DNA of 64,000 nucleotides, taken from Leptogorgia sarmentosa (lineage: Eukaryota). The translations under genes were made by a program, and so were the position numbers. A model generated the notes under the pieces. It was not told where the DNA came from, did no database searches, and saw only the letters and a list, made by a program, of their open reading frames with translations. The stretch lies in NCBI GenBank assembly GCA_964658305.1, contig OZ210884.1, forward strand, positions 6,200,001-6,264,000, read 5' to 3'. Of the stretch, positions 1 to 13,539 are shown piece after piece (within the stretch, counting starts at the first letter, position 1; every line of letters begins with the position of its first letter).

Positions 1-279
1 TTTTCAATATTGATGAAAACAGGATAATTGAATATTATCAACAACATTTTATATAATACTTTTTATAACATTGTTCATTCCTATTTGTAATAATTCCTAT
101 TTTATAGCAGGCTCATCATTTTTGGCTTAACCCATTTAATTATTCAGCATGTACAGTTATAATCATGTTACTAAGTGGTGTGATAATTAATGTTGGCTAG
201 ATTAATTATTTACTCTGAGAAATAGACCTTGTGAGATAAGCTAGAAGAATCATCAGGTTAATTGATTTCGCTTTTTCAG

Positions 280-3200
280 GTGCAAAACGCATAGAACTGT
301 GCACTTGTCTGGGGGAAGGAGGAACAACACCAAGTTTTGGTAAGATATGTACTTCTCAGTCCAGTGACATAGGCAAGAGGTATATGACGTCTCGCTAAGT
401 GCAAAATCAAAGATCTATATGAGCGAAATCCTGGAACATCTTACAAGGCAAAATTTTTTTACCCTTCAAGTTCAGGAAGCGAGGAACATTGTTGAGGGAT
501 AGTACAAGATAGGATAAATAGGATAGTACAGGAACATGGTTAAGGAACATAGTTGAGGACTATGGTTGAGAATCATGTTTGAGGAGGATGATTCAGAAGC
601 ATATGTTTGAGAAGCATGGTTGAGGAGTATGGTTGAGGACCATGCTTGAGGAGCATGATTGAGGAGGATGGTTAAAGAGCATGCTTGCAGAGGATGCTTG
701 AGGAAGATGGTTAAAGAGCATGCTTGAGGAGGATAGTTAAAGAGCATGCTTGAGGAGGATGCTTGAGGAGGATAGTTAAAGAGCATGCTTGAGGAGGATG
801 CTTGCGGAGGATGCTTGAGGAGGATGCTTGAGGAGGATGCTTGAGGAGCATGCTTGAGGAGGATGCTTGAGGAAGATGGTTAAAGAGCATGCTTGAGGAG
901 GATAGTTAAAGAGCATGCTTGAGGAGGATGCTTGAGGAGGATGCTTGAGGAGGATGCTTGAGGAGGATGCCTGAGGAGGATGCTTGAGGAGGATGCTTGA
1001 GGAGGATGCTTGAGGAGGATGCTTGAGGAGCATGCTTGAGGAGGATGCTTGAGGAAGATGGTTAAAGAGCATGCTTGAGGAGGATAGTTAAAGAGCATGC
1101 TTGAGGAGGATGCTTGAGGAGGATGCTTGAGGAGGATGCTTGAGGAGGATGCTTGAGGAGGATGCTTGAGGAGCATGGTTGAGGAGGATGCTTGAGGAGC
1201 ATGATTGAGGAGGATGCTTGAGGAGGATGCTTGAGGAGGATGCTTGAGGAGCATGCTTGAGGAGGATGCTTGAGGAGGATGCTTGAGGAGGATAGTTAAA
1301 GAACATGCTTGAGGAGGATGATTGAGGAGGATGCTTGAGGAGGATAGTTAAAGAGCATGCTTGAGTAGGTTGCTTGAGGAGGATGGTTGAGGAGCATGGT
1401 TGAGGAGGATGGTTAAATAGCATGCTTGAGTAGGATGCTTGAGGAGGATGCTTCAGGAGGATGGTTAAAGAGCATGCTTGAGGAGGATGGCTGGGAAGCA
1501 TTGACTGAGGGGCATGGCTTCGAAGCATGGTTAAAGAAGATAGTATTCAATGGTATTAGGAGTATTTTTTTCCTTAGGTTTATTCAAAGTGATCAAGCGT
1601 GCTATTTCCCTCCCAGTTTTTGTTATGATCAGGCCAAGAGGTGGGGATTTTCTTTACACTGATGCAGAGTTTGACGTAATGATTGAAGATTGTAAACAAC
1701 TTATTGACGCTGGAGCTGATGGCATTGTTTTTGGTATTCTAACAAAGTAATTAATTATCTCAAGAATAATTTTTATATTAAGAAGAAATATTTTAGTTCA
1801 AAGCCGTTAGTTAATTGCACGTACTGCATATCCAAGCTGTTAAAGCTGTTGAAAACTCCACGTGCTGCTCCAATTGGCAAGTGTCAAGTTGTCGAACGTT
1901 TAAGTGCATGTGACACTGAAAATAATTACTGTACAGTGATCAAGATAAGATTGTACTTTCTTTATAGGAAAGGGGAAATTGATGTTACGCGTTGTCAAAA
2001 ATTACTAGGTAACGCCTAATTGTTCTTACAAAATGGGCATTTAATACATGAGAAATTACTGGGAAGTGTCGTAGTAGTATGAGAAATTACTGGGAGCATG
2101 CTTGAGGAGGATGCTTGAGGAGGATAGTTAAAGAACATGCTTGAGGAGGATGATTGAGGAGGATGCTTGAGGAGGATAGTTAAAGAGCATGCTTGAGGAG
2201 GATGCTTGAGGAGGATGTTTGAGGAGGATAGTTAAAGAGCATGCTTGAGGAGCATGCTTGAGGAGGATGTTTGAGGAGGATAGTTAAAGAGCATGCTTGA
2301 GGAGGATGCTTGAGGAGGATGCTTGAGGAGGATGCTTGAGGAGCATGCTTGAGGAGGATGCTTGAGGAAGATGGTTAAAGAGCATGCTTGAGGAGGATAG
2401 TTAAAGAGCATGCTTGAGGAGGATGCTTGAGGAGGATGCTTGAGGAGGATGCTTGAGGAGCATGCTTGAGGAGCATGCTTGAGGAGGATGCTTGAGGAGG
2501 ATGCTTGAGGAGGATGCTTGAGGAGGATAGTTAGAGAACATGCTTGAGGAGGATGATTGAGGAGGATGCTTGAGGAGGATAGTTAAAGAGCATGCTTGAG
2601 TAGGTTGCTTGAGGAGGATGGTTGAGGAGCATGGTTGAGGAGGATGGTTAAATAGCATGCTTGAGTAGGATGCTTGAGGAGGATGCTTCAGGAGGATGGT
2701 TAAAGAGCATGCTTGAGGAGGATGGCTGGGAAGCATTGACTGAGGGGCATGGCTTCGAAGCATGGTTAAAGAAGATAGTATTCAATGGTATTAGGAGTAT
2801 TTTTTTCCTTAGGTTTATTCAAAGTGATCAAGCGTGCTATTTCCCTCCCAGTTTTTGTTATGATCAGGCCAAGAGGTGGGGATTTTCTTTACACTGATGC
2901 AGAGTTTGACGTAATGATTGAAGATTGTAAACAACTTATTGACGCTGGAGCTGATGGCATTGTTTTTGGTATTCTAACAAAGTAATTAATTATCTCAAGA
3001 ATAATTTTTATATTAAGAAGAAATATTTTAGTTCAAAGCCGTTAGTTAATTGCACGTACTGCATATCCAAGCTGTTAAAGCTGTTGAAAACTCCACGTGC
3101 TGCTCCAATTGGCAAGTGTCAAGTTGTCGAACGTTTAAGTGCATGTGACACTGAAAATAATTACTGTACAGTGATCAAGATAAGATTGTACTTTCTTTAT

Positions 3201-5271
3201 AGGAAAGGGGAAATTGATGTTACGCGTTGTCAAAAATTACTAGGTAACGCCTAATTGTTCTTACAAAATGGGCATTTAATACATGAGAAATTACTGGGAA
3301 GTGTCGTAGTAGTATGAGAAATTACTGGGAGTGTCGTATACTGGGACGTAGCTGGTTTAATAATACCACTTTTAGTCTGTAAGTAGACAAATGGTGATTG
3401 GTCCTATAAGTTGGTTCGAAAAAACTTGGTTCCATAACTACTCTCGTCTTGTACGTAGCTTCTGATTAAAATCTAGAAAAGAATCTTCATCCACTTTATA
3501 ATTAAAGGGACTAAATGTGGGAAACAAAATCCATTCCCATAAAACTGCTACTTTGGAAAAATGACACAAAAATGGCTATGGATATATTAAGTGATCCTCG
3601 AATTAGCTTGTTTGTGAATTTTTGTTTTTCACTCTACAACCTGCAGTTTTGATGTGATTGTAATGACACCAAGGTTTGTCCAGGTCAAGTTCTCGAAAGG
3701 ACAACCCTCCCTTGTAGACCGATAAGCCGCCACATTTGAATGATGCTCTTCCTCCTTTTCTTTTCCAGATATTATAAAACCACTTCCGGTGACGTTTCAT
3801 CGAGGTACGAAACAAATAGAGTTTACTGATTGTTCATTTTTATCCAATTGCCTCGTTTTCATGATCGTTTGTTACTCGCATTTCGTGGACAGTAGGGTTA
3901 AAGATATAAGTTTATAATTTAGTTAAGTTCTACAAGAAACAATTGCGTAAAAAATAGGAATTTAGCTACATAAAATTCGTACGTGCATCAAACAACCCGT
4001 CCTTGTTATTAACTACTGTATTGACTTGTTGTTTCTTTTCCCTCGTTTTAAAGTGCTTTTGGCCGTTTCAGAAATTTTTATTTATATTTAGCATGATTTT
4101 GTAATATATTTGAGAGCTCCAAACCCTATTGGTAAATACCTTCGTTATATCATTGACCCCAGCATTTGACATGGTCCCAGATCAGAGTGCAGCTTTAGAA
4201 GTCATAATAAACCTTGGATTTGATCGAGTTCTCACAAGTGGTGGAAAAGCCGACGTGCTTCAAGGGGCATCTCATGTGAAAGATCTTGTGGATCAGGTAT
4301 TTATCGAATATTGAATATTCGTTATTTACATAGAAGGAGATTCAGCCTTTTATCGGGTAGGTCGTGTCATATAGGCTTTTGCTTATCTAACCATTAAGCT
4401 CAACGCCTCCCGGCCGAGGGTGACAGTGTTATATAAAATCGAGGTTAAAGAGGCAATAAGAATATTAAAAAGGAGCATGTATATGGTTGAGAAACATGGT
4501 GGAGAAGCATGGTTAAGCACCTTAACCATGCTCCTCATTAAAGAACATAGTATTCAAGGGTGATACTGCTATAAAACCGAGGAGATTTAGGAGGCAATAG
4601 GAATATGAAGAATTCTAATCGGGGTATTGGGAGTAATGCTAAAAATATCTGGAGTTGTGCAATATTGTTGACTCGAGCCAATCATCAACTGCAATTTTTC
4701 GTTGACTAAACTGATTTATATAATAATTTATATTTAAGTAATAATTTTTAGTTTAACTAATAATTTATATTATAATTTATATCAATATAATAATAATTAA
4801 TAGCAATTGATCACCATTACGAAGATGAATTTTTTTGTTTTGCAGGCAGAAAAGCGGATACTAATAATTCCAGGCAAGTCAAAAAACACTTTTGAACCAG
4901 CTAGGACACGATAGCTATAATTGTATTTGGTGTTGAAAATGTAATGAATTGAAATTTTGCCCCCCCCCCCCCCCGCGCATGTCAAAGTCCCACTTTCCGA
5001 TCCAGCGATTCTTTCAAGGGCAAACTTGTCATTTCTTCAATTTGCTCACTTGTTAGGAGGCGGTATTAATGAAGAAAACTTGTCAGAAATATTAAAGGTG
5101 ACTGGAGTGAAAGAATTTCACGGCTCTGCAAGAGTTTATGTTGCTTCTCAAATGGAGTATAGCAACAGCTGTGTTTCAATGGGAGGCACTGGGGACGAGT
5201 ATCGATATATGGTAGCCAGTTTAGAAAGAATAAAACAGCTGACTGTGATAGCAAAGGATTTTCTACAATGA
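280..5271 (+). CDS. cutC: Copper homeostasis protein CutC homolog, 5' exons outside the window. Exons: 280-339, 1578-1746, 1968-2008, [duplicates 2813-2981, 3203-3243], 3769-3804, 4163-4296, 4846-4873, 5057-5271
   Basis: The spliced translation gives GAKRIELCTCLGEGGTTPSFG / PVFVMIRPRGGDFLY...GADGIVFG / PLPVTFHRAFD...GFDRVLTSG / PGGGINEEN...EFHGSAR, the recognisable CutC motifs. All exons join in frame at AG/GT sites except one GC donor. Confidence 0.93.
480..1500. repeat. 13-bp minisatellite (GAGGAGGATGCTT and variants) in a cutC intron
   Basis: Dozens of directly visible tandem GAGGAGGATGCTT / GAGGAGCATGCTT / GGATAGTTAAAGAGCATGCTT units. These explain the repetitive minus-strand 'LLKHPPQASSS' ORFs. 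Confidence 0.95.
2095..2735. repeat. Second block of the 13-bp minisatellite, part of the 1235-bp tandem duplication
   Basis: Same units as 480-1500. It is followed by a repeat of the 1500-2095 sequence at an offset of 1235 bp. Confidence 0.93.
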
Positions 5272-5751
5272 TGTAAATAAGAATGATTTTCTCGGAGTAG
5301 GATAAACAAAACTGGAACAGCTTTTTTATACCCTATACGAATCCTGAAGAGACCCCTCCAGAGTAAAATGATTTCATAATGCGCCTGTAATTTCTAATTT
5401 GGACAACGCTAATTTCTAATTTGGACTTCATTTTCATCTTTTATATATGGCTTTATTTCACTCTCTGAATTTGAATTTGAATTAGAATTAGAATTATAAG
5501 TACGTGCTTCAGTTGATGTTTAAATCTTGATCCATTGTTACAACCGATAACAAGCCGAAATCTGCTGGGATGATATTCGGGATTTTTCATGAATATGAAA
5601 ATCCATTCAATATTTCGTGTCCAAAGCGCTCACGGAGATGTCATTGCTTTATTCTATACCTGAAGATTGAACCGTCGTAGTACAACAAGCGAGTGGACCT
5701 TCTTGGTCATTTTACACGGGGCTTGTTTGCAATGGTAGCGCTGAAAGACGG

Positions 5752-6831
5752 TCAACGGTGCCGATTGAGTTTTAACAATTTCACAAACGAATTTCGGAAT
5801 CTGCTACATCTCAAAGCATAGCAGAAGAAGTTTATACTAGAATTCATCAGAGTAAATAAGACACTGACGTCTTCAATGCAATGACGGGCGCTGCAACTAC
5901 AATCTTCACAGAAGCTTACCACGTACATCATTATCGTTGAGGGGCCATAAAAACAGACCAGAGCTATGAGAACGGTGAGAAACATTTTAGTAACTTTTGC
6001 TTCCACCAGTTGCTTGCTGTTAATGATTGCATTTCCTGAACTTATATTTGTGTGGACAGTCAGTAACTGCTTTGGAGCATGCAACGAGTTTTCTGTTGAT
6101 GCAGAAGTTCCCTCATGGAACAGCTGTCTGTTTTGATTGATAGTATTGGGCGAATTTGTCTTTCTTGTGACAGCTGAAGAAATTTCGTGTCGCGATCGCG
6201 ACAGAACAGCTACGCAGCTGCCATTGCGGCATCTCATTTTACTTACGCCGATTTTGCGCTTCATTAACGTGAAAGTTATACAAATTGTTATCACGCCCAC
6301 AGCAATCGCGGTATTTGCATATATGAATGCATATGTAGAAAAACCAACATTAAGATTAATGTTTGGTAAACTGAAGGATATCAACCAAATTATTACTATT
6401 GTCAGTACGACCCGTTTATTCGTAACTTTGGTGCGATAAGTGTTTGGTTTCCGTACAGCAAGGTACCTTTCAACTGCAAGGCTTGACACACTAAGAATAG
6501 ATGCCGTACACGAGATGAAATATACTATGTATATTGCTAATGATTCTTCAGCACCAACTCCACTCATCTCCAAACCTTCTTTGATGTGAAAATAAACAGC
6601 GAGGGGCTGTGCGATTACACCAACAATCAAATCAGCTACAGCTAAATTTACCACCAACCAGTTGAAAGGAGTTCGTAGGTTTTTGTTTGGATCCAAAACA
6701 ACAGCTAGGATAACGAGGATATTTCCAGGGATATTTGTGAATATTAAAATGGTGATCACACTTGCTGTGAAATAGGACATTTCCGTAGGTGGTTTAATAG
6801 ACCGACATGTCGTTTCAAAAGTATTAAGCAT
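5752..6831 (-). CDS. Class A (rhodopsin-like) orphan GPCR, 359 aa, single coding exon
   Basis: Seven hydrophobic segments. Motifs: GNILVI (TM1), NLAVADL (TM2), ERY (TM3), W..S.SLP (TM4), CFYGP (TM6) and NSSINFFCY (NPxxY variant). A splice acceptor (tttcttccag) lies 10 nt upstream of the ATG, implying a 5'UTR intron. Confidence 0.92.
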   Translation of the reverse strand: MLNTFETTCRSIKPPTEMSYFTASVITILIFTNIPGNILVILAVVLDPNKNLRTPFNWLVVNLAVADLIVGVIAQPLAVYFHIKEGLEMSGVGAEESLAIYIVYFISCTASILSVSSLAVERYLAVRKPNTYRTKVTNKRVVLTIVIIWLISFSLPNINLNVGFSTYAFIYANTAIAVGVITICITFTLMKRKIGVSKMRCRNGSCVAVLSRSRHEISSAVTRKTNSPNTINQNRQLFHEGTSASTENSLHAPKQLLTVHTNISSGNAIINSKQLVEAKVTKMFLTVLIALVCFYGPSTIMMYVVSFCEDCSCSARHCIEDVSVLFTLMNSSINFFCYALRCSRFRNSFVKLLKLNRHR

Positions 6832-9463
6832 ATTCTCAATCTGGAAGAAATTTACAATTATTGAAACATATTTACGATTGATTTATGATATCTAATTTTA
6901 GACTATACATATCTATCAAGAATATTATATTCATGGTCAAGTGTCTAAATATCCTACGAGAAATTGATGAATATAGTAGCTATATGATTCGTTCCACATG
7001 CATATATTGGAAGCCGAAATACGTGAAAAGCAATTGGTAAAAACGGCGTACGATGACATCATCAAGGTTTATGAAGTTAACAGTTTCCTGTTAGCAATTC
7101 ATTGATTTAACCTGTATATATCGGGACTTATACAAACGCGAAGAGGAGATCAGTTATCAGTGAAAGCCGTTCAAACCGTTCAAAGCCGTTCCGTTTCAAG
7201 CCATTTTCTTTAATTTCGCTGATATTGTCTCCTTGCAAAAATCATTTTTATATACCTCGTTACATGCGTTAACTTCCAAACACCACAGAGATAGAAATAA
7301 ATTACTCTGAAATTATGCAGGTTGCATTTGACTTAGTTCTCAGGTCACCGAATAGTGTTCTTAGTCCAATTATACAGCCAGCCACTCCTTTGCTTGCTCC
7401 TGCTAAGACGAAGGTCGAATAAAGATGCACTTGACGAGTTCACTTCACGTCTGTTTTCCAATAATAAAAGACATGCATGCATGTTTTCGTGCTCATGACA
7501 TGAATACAGGTGTACAAATATTATTGTTATGTAAAAGTCAAATAAATGGTTTGTTCTCACTTTCCGCAATTCATTTCCCAAGCAATTTCAATTTCCTCCG
7601 ATTAATTTTACTATTTAATTTAACCATATATGTTTTAATATAGGGCGAATGCGCGTGCATTATTATAATTATTCCACTCAGGAAAGAAATTAGTGTACGT
7701 TGTTAATTTTATAGTAGGATAAGCAATCAACATTCTGAAGCAACTTGCAGCCTATTTTAGGAATGCTGAAGGAATCTGAACGAAATGTACAGTTACCTAT
7801 ACTGCCCAAAAGTCTAAATACTGTCCTACTCGTTGGCAAAAACAGACCCTCCTCTTTACTTATATTTAATGAGATAATATTCCCGCCCCCGCTCGTTTTA
7901 ACAGCAACAAAATCATTTATACCATGTCTATACATCCCGTTTAATGAAGAAATAGTTGTAATTTCATTTGATATAGGTGATTAAAAATTGCGAGGAAATG
8001 TTGCAAGTATATTACAAGTATATTATTATAGCTACTGAATTTTGTCACCTGTATTTAGACTTTTGAGCAATAACTGTAGCTCTTTAGTGGAAGGTCCGTT
8101 TACATTTTATGCAATTTTTGATGCGATATTCTCCTGATATAAGTGACAATATTGACATTTATAGGGTTTAAATGCGAATGTCCCTCAGAAAGTCTTATCG
8201 TGGATTTATCCCCCATCGTTTCTATGATTCTGGATGCAGTTTATTTCTGGATATATTAATTGGTTTGACGAAGTGCAGCTGTGTCTCGTTTAATAACTTT
8301 GATATTCACTCGTGTTTTAATGAATAAGTCGAAATAAGAAATGTGTTGTTTGCTTTAATTACGTCGATCACTTCTGAATTGATTACCCATACTTTTGTTA
8401 ACCCATTTGTGCACTATATATAATTAAAAAAACTATATTAATTACAAAATTCGTTCTTCCTGTTATAATTTCGATCTCAATGTCCTTTTCTGTTCAAGTA
8501 CTAGTGGTTCAAATTCATCTTATTTCTATTTTTACTTGTTCATTTCAACGTCAGGTTATTGAACGTGAAAAATGAGCAATTTGCGGTTGCTTTTGAATAC
8601 GCCGTATCATGCTCCATTCACACGCAAAGAAACTGAATAGAGTGAATCTACACGAGCCGATTTTTATGAGGCAAGAATGCTTGAACATGGATTGGCAAAA
8701 AATAACAGCTAAAAATGCCAGTATATCAGTTGCCCAATGTGTATTAGCTATCTGTTTATATACAAGAAATTGTCGCAAATGAAAAGTATGGTGGTGACAT
8801 GTTGATTTTCAGGGATCGGATTCAAATCTGTCGCAATAATTGTCAACTGAAAATACTTTCACTGCTCACATCAGTTTATTCAAAATTGTGATTGAATGGC
8901 AGTGTCTTCAGCGTTTGTCGCCAGTACCAAAAGTACCAATCAGGTACGTTGCTTATTTTTCTTAATATTATTTTTCTAGAATAAATTCCCCAGTGGCTGG
9001 TTGTTCGTAGCCCGTTTAGCATAAACTGCATGCAGATAAGTCAATTTTAAATCACACTCCCATTCGTCTTGTTAAAAACGAAGTATATGAATATCAGTAA
9101 ATTTTAAACACTAAAAAGATCGTAAATAATAACCTGAATAAAATTATAAAACAATTATTGAACTCGGCTGTCGCAAAGTACCGTGATTTTTCAGTGGCTC
9201 GCTATTTGCCTCTACCTTCGCAAATAATTGAATCTGCTCACCACTGATAAGCACGATACATCCCTCACTCTCAGTCAGTAAGTTATTATGAACTGTTTGC
9301 CTCGTCGCTATGACAACTAGTTTATACCAACATTGAAGCCTTGAAGCTATTGTTAGATTAAGATTACCTCCTGCAGGTGGAAAGAGGAGGTTGCCATTTA
9401 TGCCCACGCTGTTTGTCCAATTTTGCTGCAAAAACGTTCTAGGATCCTCTCCGTTTGCCAAAC

Positions 9464-9700
9464 TGGGGCCAGTTGTTCGTAGCCCGCTTAAACGGCGGAT
9501 AGCTAAGTCAATTTTAAATCACACTCCATATATTCGTTTTGTGAAAAACGAAACATAAACTTTAAATTTGTAGCTGCATACATAAGTGTTCCTTTCAGAC
9601 TGACTTTTATTTTGATCGTTCAATTAACACATTGACTTGCATGATATTGCGGACTTATCCACCGTTTAGGCCAAATGAGCTACGAACAACAGGCCCCTGG
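9464..9700. mobile_element. MITE-like element; related partial copy at ~8990-9110
   Basis: Terminal inverted repeats ggggccagttgttcgtagc ... gctacgaacaacaggcccc; no ORF. Confidence 0.6.
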
Positions 9701-9830
9701 AGCTTAACTTTTCAATAACACTATAGGTATAGCTATATCTTATATGCTCATAATTAAGGGAAAAAACCATTTGCATAAACATTTAAATAGTTTACATGCA
9801 CTTACTTTGATCCGGTAATTAAGCCCGAAT

Positions 9831-11237
9831 AAGTATAGAAATTGTCAAAGGTTAAATTTTTTAAATTGTTGGTCAGGCTCTAGTTGCCGGCAAAAATATT
9901 CTAGAACACACTGCCCTTCGTGTGATACGCAATTATATAACTGAACATTTGGTACACGCACTTGGACTGAATCAAAAAGTTTCAGGAACAAACACGGCTC
10001 ATTATGAGTCGTGTCCGATGCCTCACAGATTGTGGAACACCGAAACTATGCCAGAGTGCTCAAACTGCGCACGCGCAGTGAGCGTTGCACTATGGCTTGC
10101 AACATAGTCTTGTCCGAGTAGAGTGCTCAACACCGCCTCGTACACAATTCTAAAGCGTTTTGAATACCCGGGAGTTTATGTAGCCTTGAGTGAAATTATA
10201 TCTCAAACCGGTTTTCACAAATGCTTGACATAATTGGCACTCCTAACACTTACCAGTATAAAAATATCCTTAAAAGCCCTGCATGCGAGAATAGTTAAAA
10301 TGACGTTATACGTGGGCAGACAACACGCCATTGCACGTCAACTTTGACGTCCCACCTCCGTGTCGTGGATCTAAATTTATCTATTTACCTAGAAATTTCA
10401 GATAGAAAGTGTAGTGCTGCAAAATGTGTATATGTTTCTTTATTAAAACAATGATAAAACAATGAAAAAATCACATTACAGATAATAATATTTAACAATT
10501 AGTCGTCGAAGGCGAGGTGATTACACAAGCAGAAACAAATCATAGCTAAGAACCAACAATCGCGTGCAAAAATTGTTGAGACTTACTATTTGTCCACCTT
10601 TCCCCCTGTCTGGCCCTGAACCAATGTTGTACCAACGATATCACACCATCTGGTTTGATAAAAATTCTACGCAACACTGTTAATGGGAAGGGGGGAAGGG
10701 GGGGGGGGGTTAATTAAAATAAAAATTAAGAAGATCTGTTTAAAGGTGTCAAAATGAGAAAAGATTTTCGAAGTAGGCAAAGTCTCGTTATTTTTGCATT
10801 TGATTATAGAAATTATGAGTAGCTAGATTTTCGGATCACATGAATAGTCTGAATATGCATAAAAAAGTTACGGTTACTTAACGCCCGCTATGCCATAGTA
10901 TTTGCTACGCAGATACAAAAATTTCAACTGCATGAACGTCACTTTGATCTGTGTACAATTCTATAACGTATTGAGTATATTTGAGTACCCAATCATCAAG
11001 CCTTCATTGCAATTCACTCAGGCCGGCCGGTTTTCCAACTCACACTAGACAAGTAGCTACTTGACATAATTGGCGCCCCTATAACAATTCACAGTATAGA
11101 AATTGTCAAAGGTTAAATTTTTTAAATTGTTGGTCAGGCTCTAGTTGCCGGCAAAAATATTCTAGAACACACTGCCCTTCGTGTGATACGCAATTATATA
11201 ACTGAACATTTGGTACACGCACTTGGACTGAATCAAA
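9831..11237. repeat. ~145-bp direct repeat at 9831-9975 and 11093-11237
   Basis: agtatagaaattgtcaaaggttaaattttt...cttggactgaatcaaa occurs twice. Confidence 0.85.
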
Positions 11238-11552
11238 TTGCAAGGTAGGTTTTATATATTTTAACTCTTCTATACGTACTTAAATTATCCTCAAAGTTCC
11301 CCATATTTGACTGAATGATCCATGTGCACAAAGTTGGGCAAAGAAAATACAGTTCCACTGCATGACGCAGTCCGCGTCTATAAACTCAGGCAAACAGACG
11401 GACCGCGTGTGGCCCTTTGGAAGGATGATCTGTGTGCGGGCGAAAGTGTTACATAAGAAGAAATATCGTATATAAATATTATTTTTACATATAGCTCGTC
11501 CAAGTATTTTGCCCTGTATTTATATTCTCATATGGCAGATCTATCAGACAAA

Positions 11553-12211
11553 CTAGAAATACATATATGCAGCAACCCCTCGCCATACTAACCAATTAAT
11601 GCAACTATATTTTTGGACAGTTGGTGAACCATTTGTTATCCGTACGTTATTAGGACTAAGATAAACTTGAATTTATTGCGAAATACTGCATTTATTTTCA
11701 TGAAACTTTTTATTTAAATATTCAAGTCAGTCTTTGATATACGAGTTTCCGGCCAATGTTCGCTCGTTTTAGCCTTAGGGTAAAATTTGTAAATATTTTG
11801 TGAAGCCTTGCATTTAAAAACATAAATATATACTCTGGAATTGAACCGTATGCGGCTACGGCCGGCGACCTTTCATACAAATAGTAAATATACGCAAAAC
11901 AAAAGTTCACTGCCAACAATATATTGACGAACTTATCGGTCCTGTGTGTCAATTCATGGTCGTTTCTTCCCCTTTCTCAGCGTTTTATATCTTCTGAGAA
12001 GGCTTTTCAAGTCTTACAGCGTAGATATTGTCTTTGTTTTCGCCTTTCTAAAAGCTTTAAGCCTTTAAAAAGCTTCTTAAAAGCTTTAAAAAGCTTCGGC
12101 TCTTCATGATAGTCCGCCATATTTTTTGAGTTCAGTGATGACCACCCTTCGACGATGACCCAAAATAACGGCTAACGCCCGGACGGCGCTTCGCGCCGTG
12201 GCTCGGGGATT
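11553..12211. mobile_element. Non-autonomous dispersed repeat with a GC-rich hairpin at one end; second copy at ~57403-58130
   Basis: Both loci run from ctagaaatacatatatgc to gctaacgcccggacggcgcttcgcgccgtggctcggggat with high similarity. Confidence 0.75.
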
Positions 12212-13539
12212 ATCAGTCTTGACGGGTGATCTATCTCTAATTTGAATTGTGAATTTGTCAAAATTCTAAAAAACACTGTAAGGAACCGAATTCCATCCCA
12301 ATTATTACCTTATTCCTCTATTCACTATATTATTATATACAAAATTAGCTATACTTGCATAATATGTTATAAGATGGTTCACTTTGGCTTGAAACAGAAG
12401 TGCATGCAAAGTCATAAATTTCTCTTCCAAATTAAAAGCAAGTTAAGTTGAATTCTTAACGCGCCTGAATTCTTAATATCACTAATATGGTTCAGAATGA
12501 ACCTAGTGGCACGACGTTGCAACTGAATTGTAGTAATTTGTGTTAGATATTGAGACGCATGCACCAAGCACAACTTCTATATTCCACTTTTGCTTTCAGC
12601 AGCGCGTTGATCGTGTCAGAGGCATAACTGGCATTGATCGAAAAGCAGCTATCACAATTCTAATAAATTTCCTCATTTACCTTCTTGGAAAGATAAGAGA
12701 AACTGCAATAGCTATAATATGTATAAAGATTGGCTGTGACGTATAATTCTTTAAATCTACCTTTGCATGTGAATATAAAGTTTACATGCATGTTGACAGT
12801 CACTACAAAATTTTGACAGATTATTTTGCGTATATTATACGCTTTTAAAATTGCTAACTATACGCTTGTTCGATTAGCCACCTGCTCTGGTTTAAGAAGA
12901 GATATGCTAACCTTGAAAATATGTGTATTTTGTGTATGTATTTTAAAAATATATTTGTGTCGAATCTTATGCAGGGATATACCTGTTATTTCGTAACAAA
13001 TTTAATTGTCGCAGCTAAACATACAACTGGTAATACCTACAAACGGGTTGGATTAGAATAATTATGTTCACACAAGAAATCACGAGTAGCTAGATTTGGG
13101 ATCACATGATTATGCATAAAAAGTAAATTTGACTTTTATTTATGCTAAAACCAAGGAACAAAAAAATCATACTGCCAAAATACTTTAAATTTCTTGAGGT
13201 TTCAATAAATGGTTGATAATTTCCTTTCTATTCAATTACTATATGCGTGATTGCACACAATAGGATACAAAATATTGTACCTTAAAACTCAATCCTAGCT
13301 ATATAGGTTCGATTTGTAAGGTAAGGTTGAATTTGGTTACAGATAGTTGTAAATTCCCGTTAAAAGCATGTCTTCCAAGCTTCATTTACTTCGTGTTGGA
13401 TCACTCCAACACGTTCGTAAATTGTCTTAATGTTCTGCTATACAAACGAGCTTCCTAAGTGCCCAATTGTTTGTTGCGACTTAAACCTGAAATATGTCAG
13501 TTGCTTTCCTGGCACTTTTATGGAACTCAGCTTATTGAA

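Noticed and set aside
472..2763. Repetitive minus-strand ORFs (LLKHPPQASSS)
   Set aside because: They are translations of the 13-bp intronic minisatellite and occur in all three frames.
280..5271. cutC as part of the enzyme cluster
   Set aside because: It is a conserved housekeeping-type gene 38 kb away with no functional link visible. It is not the glycyl-radical choline lyase of the same name.
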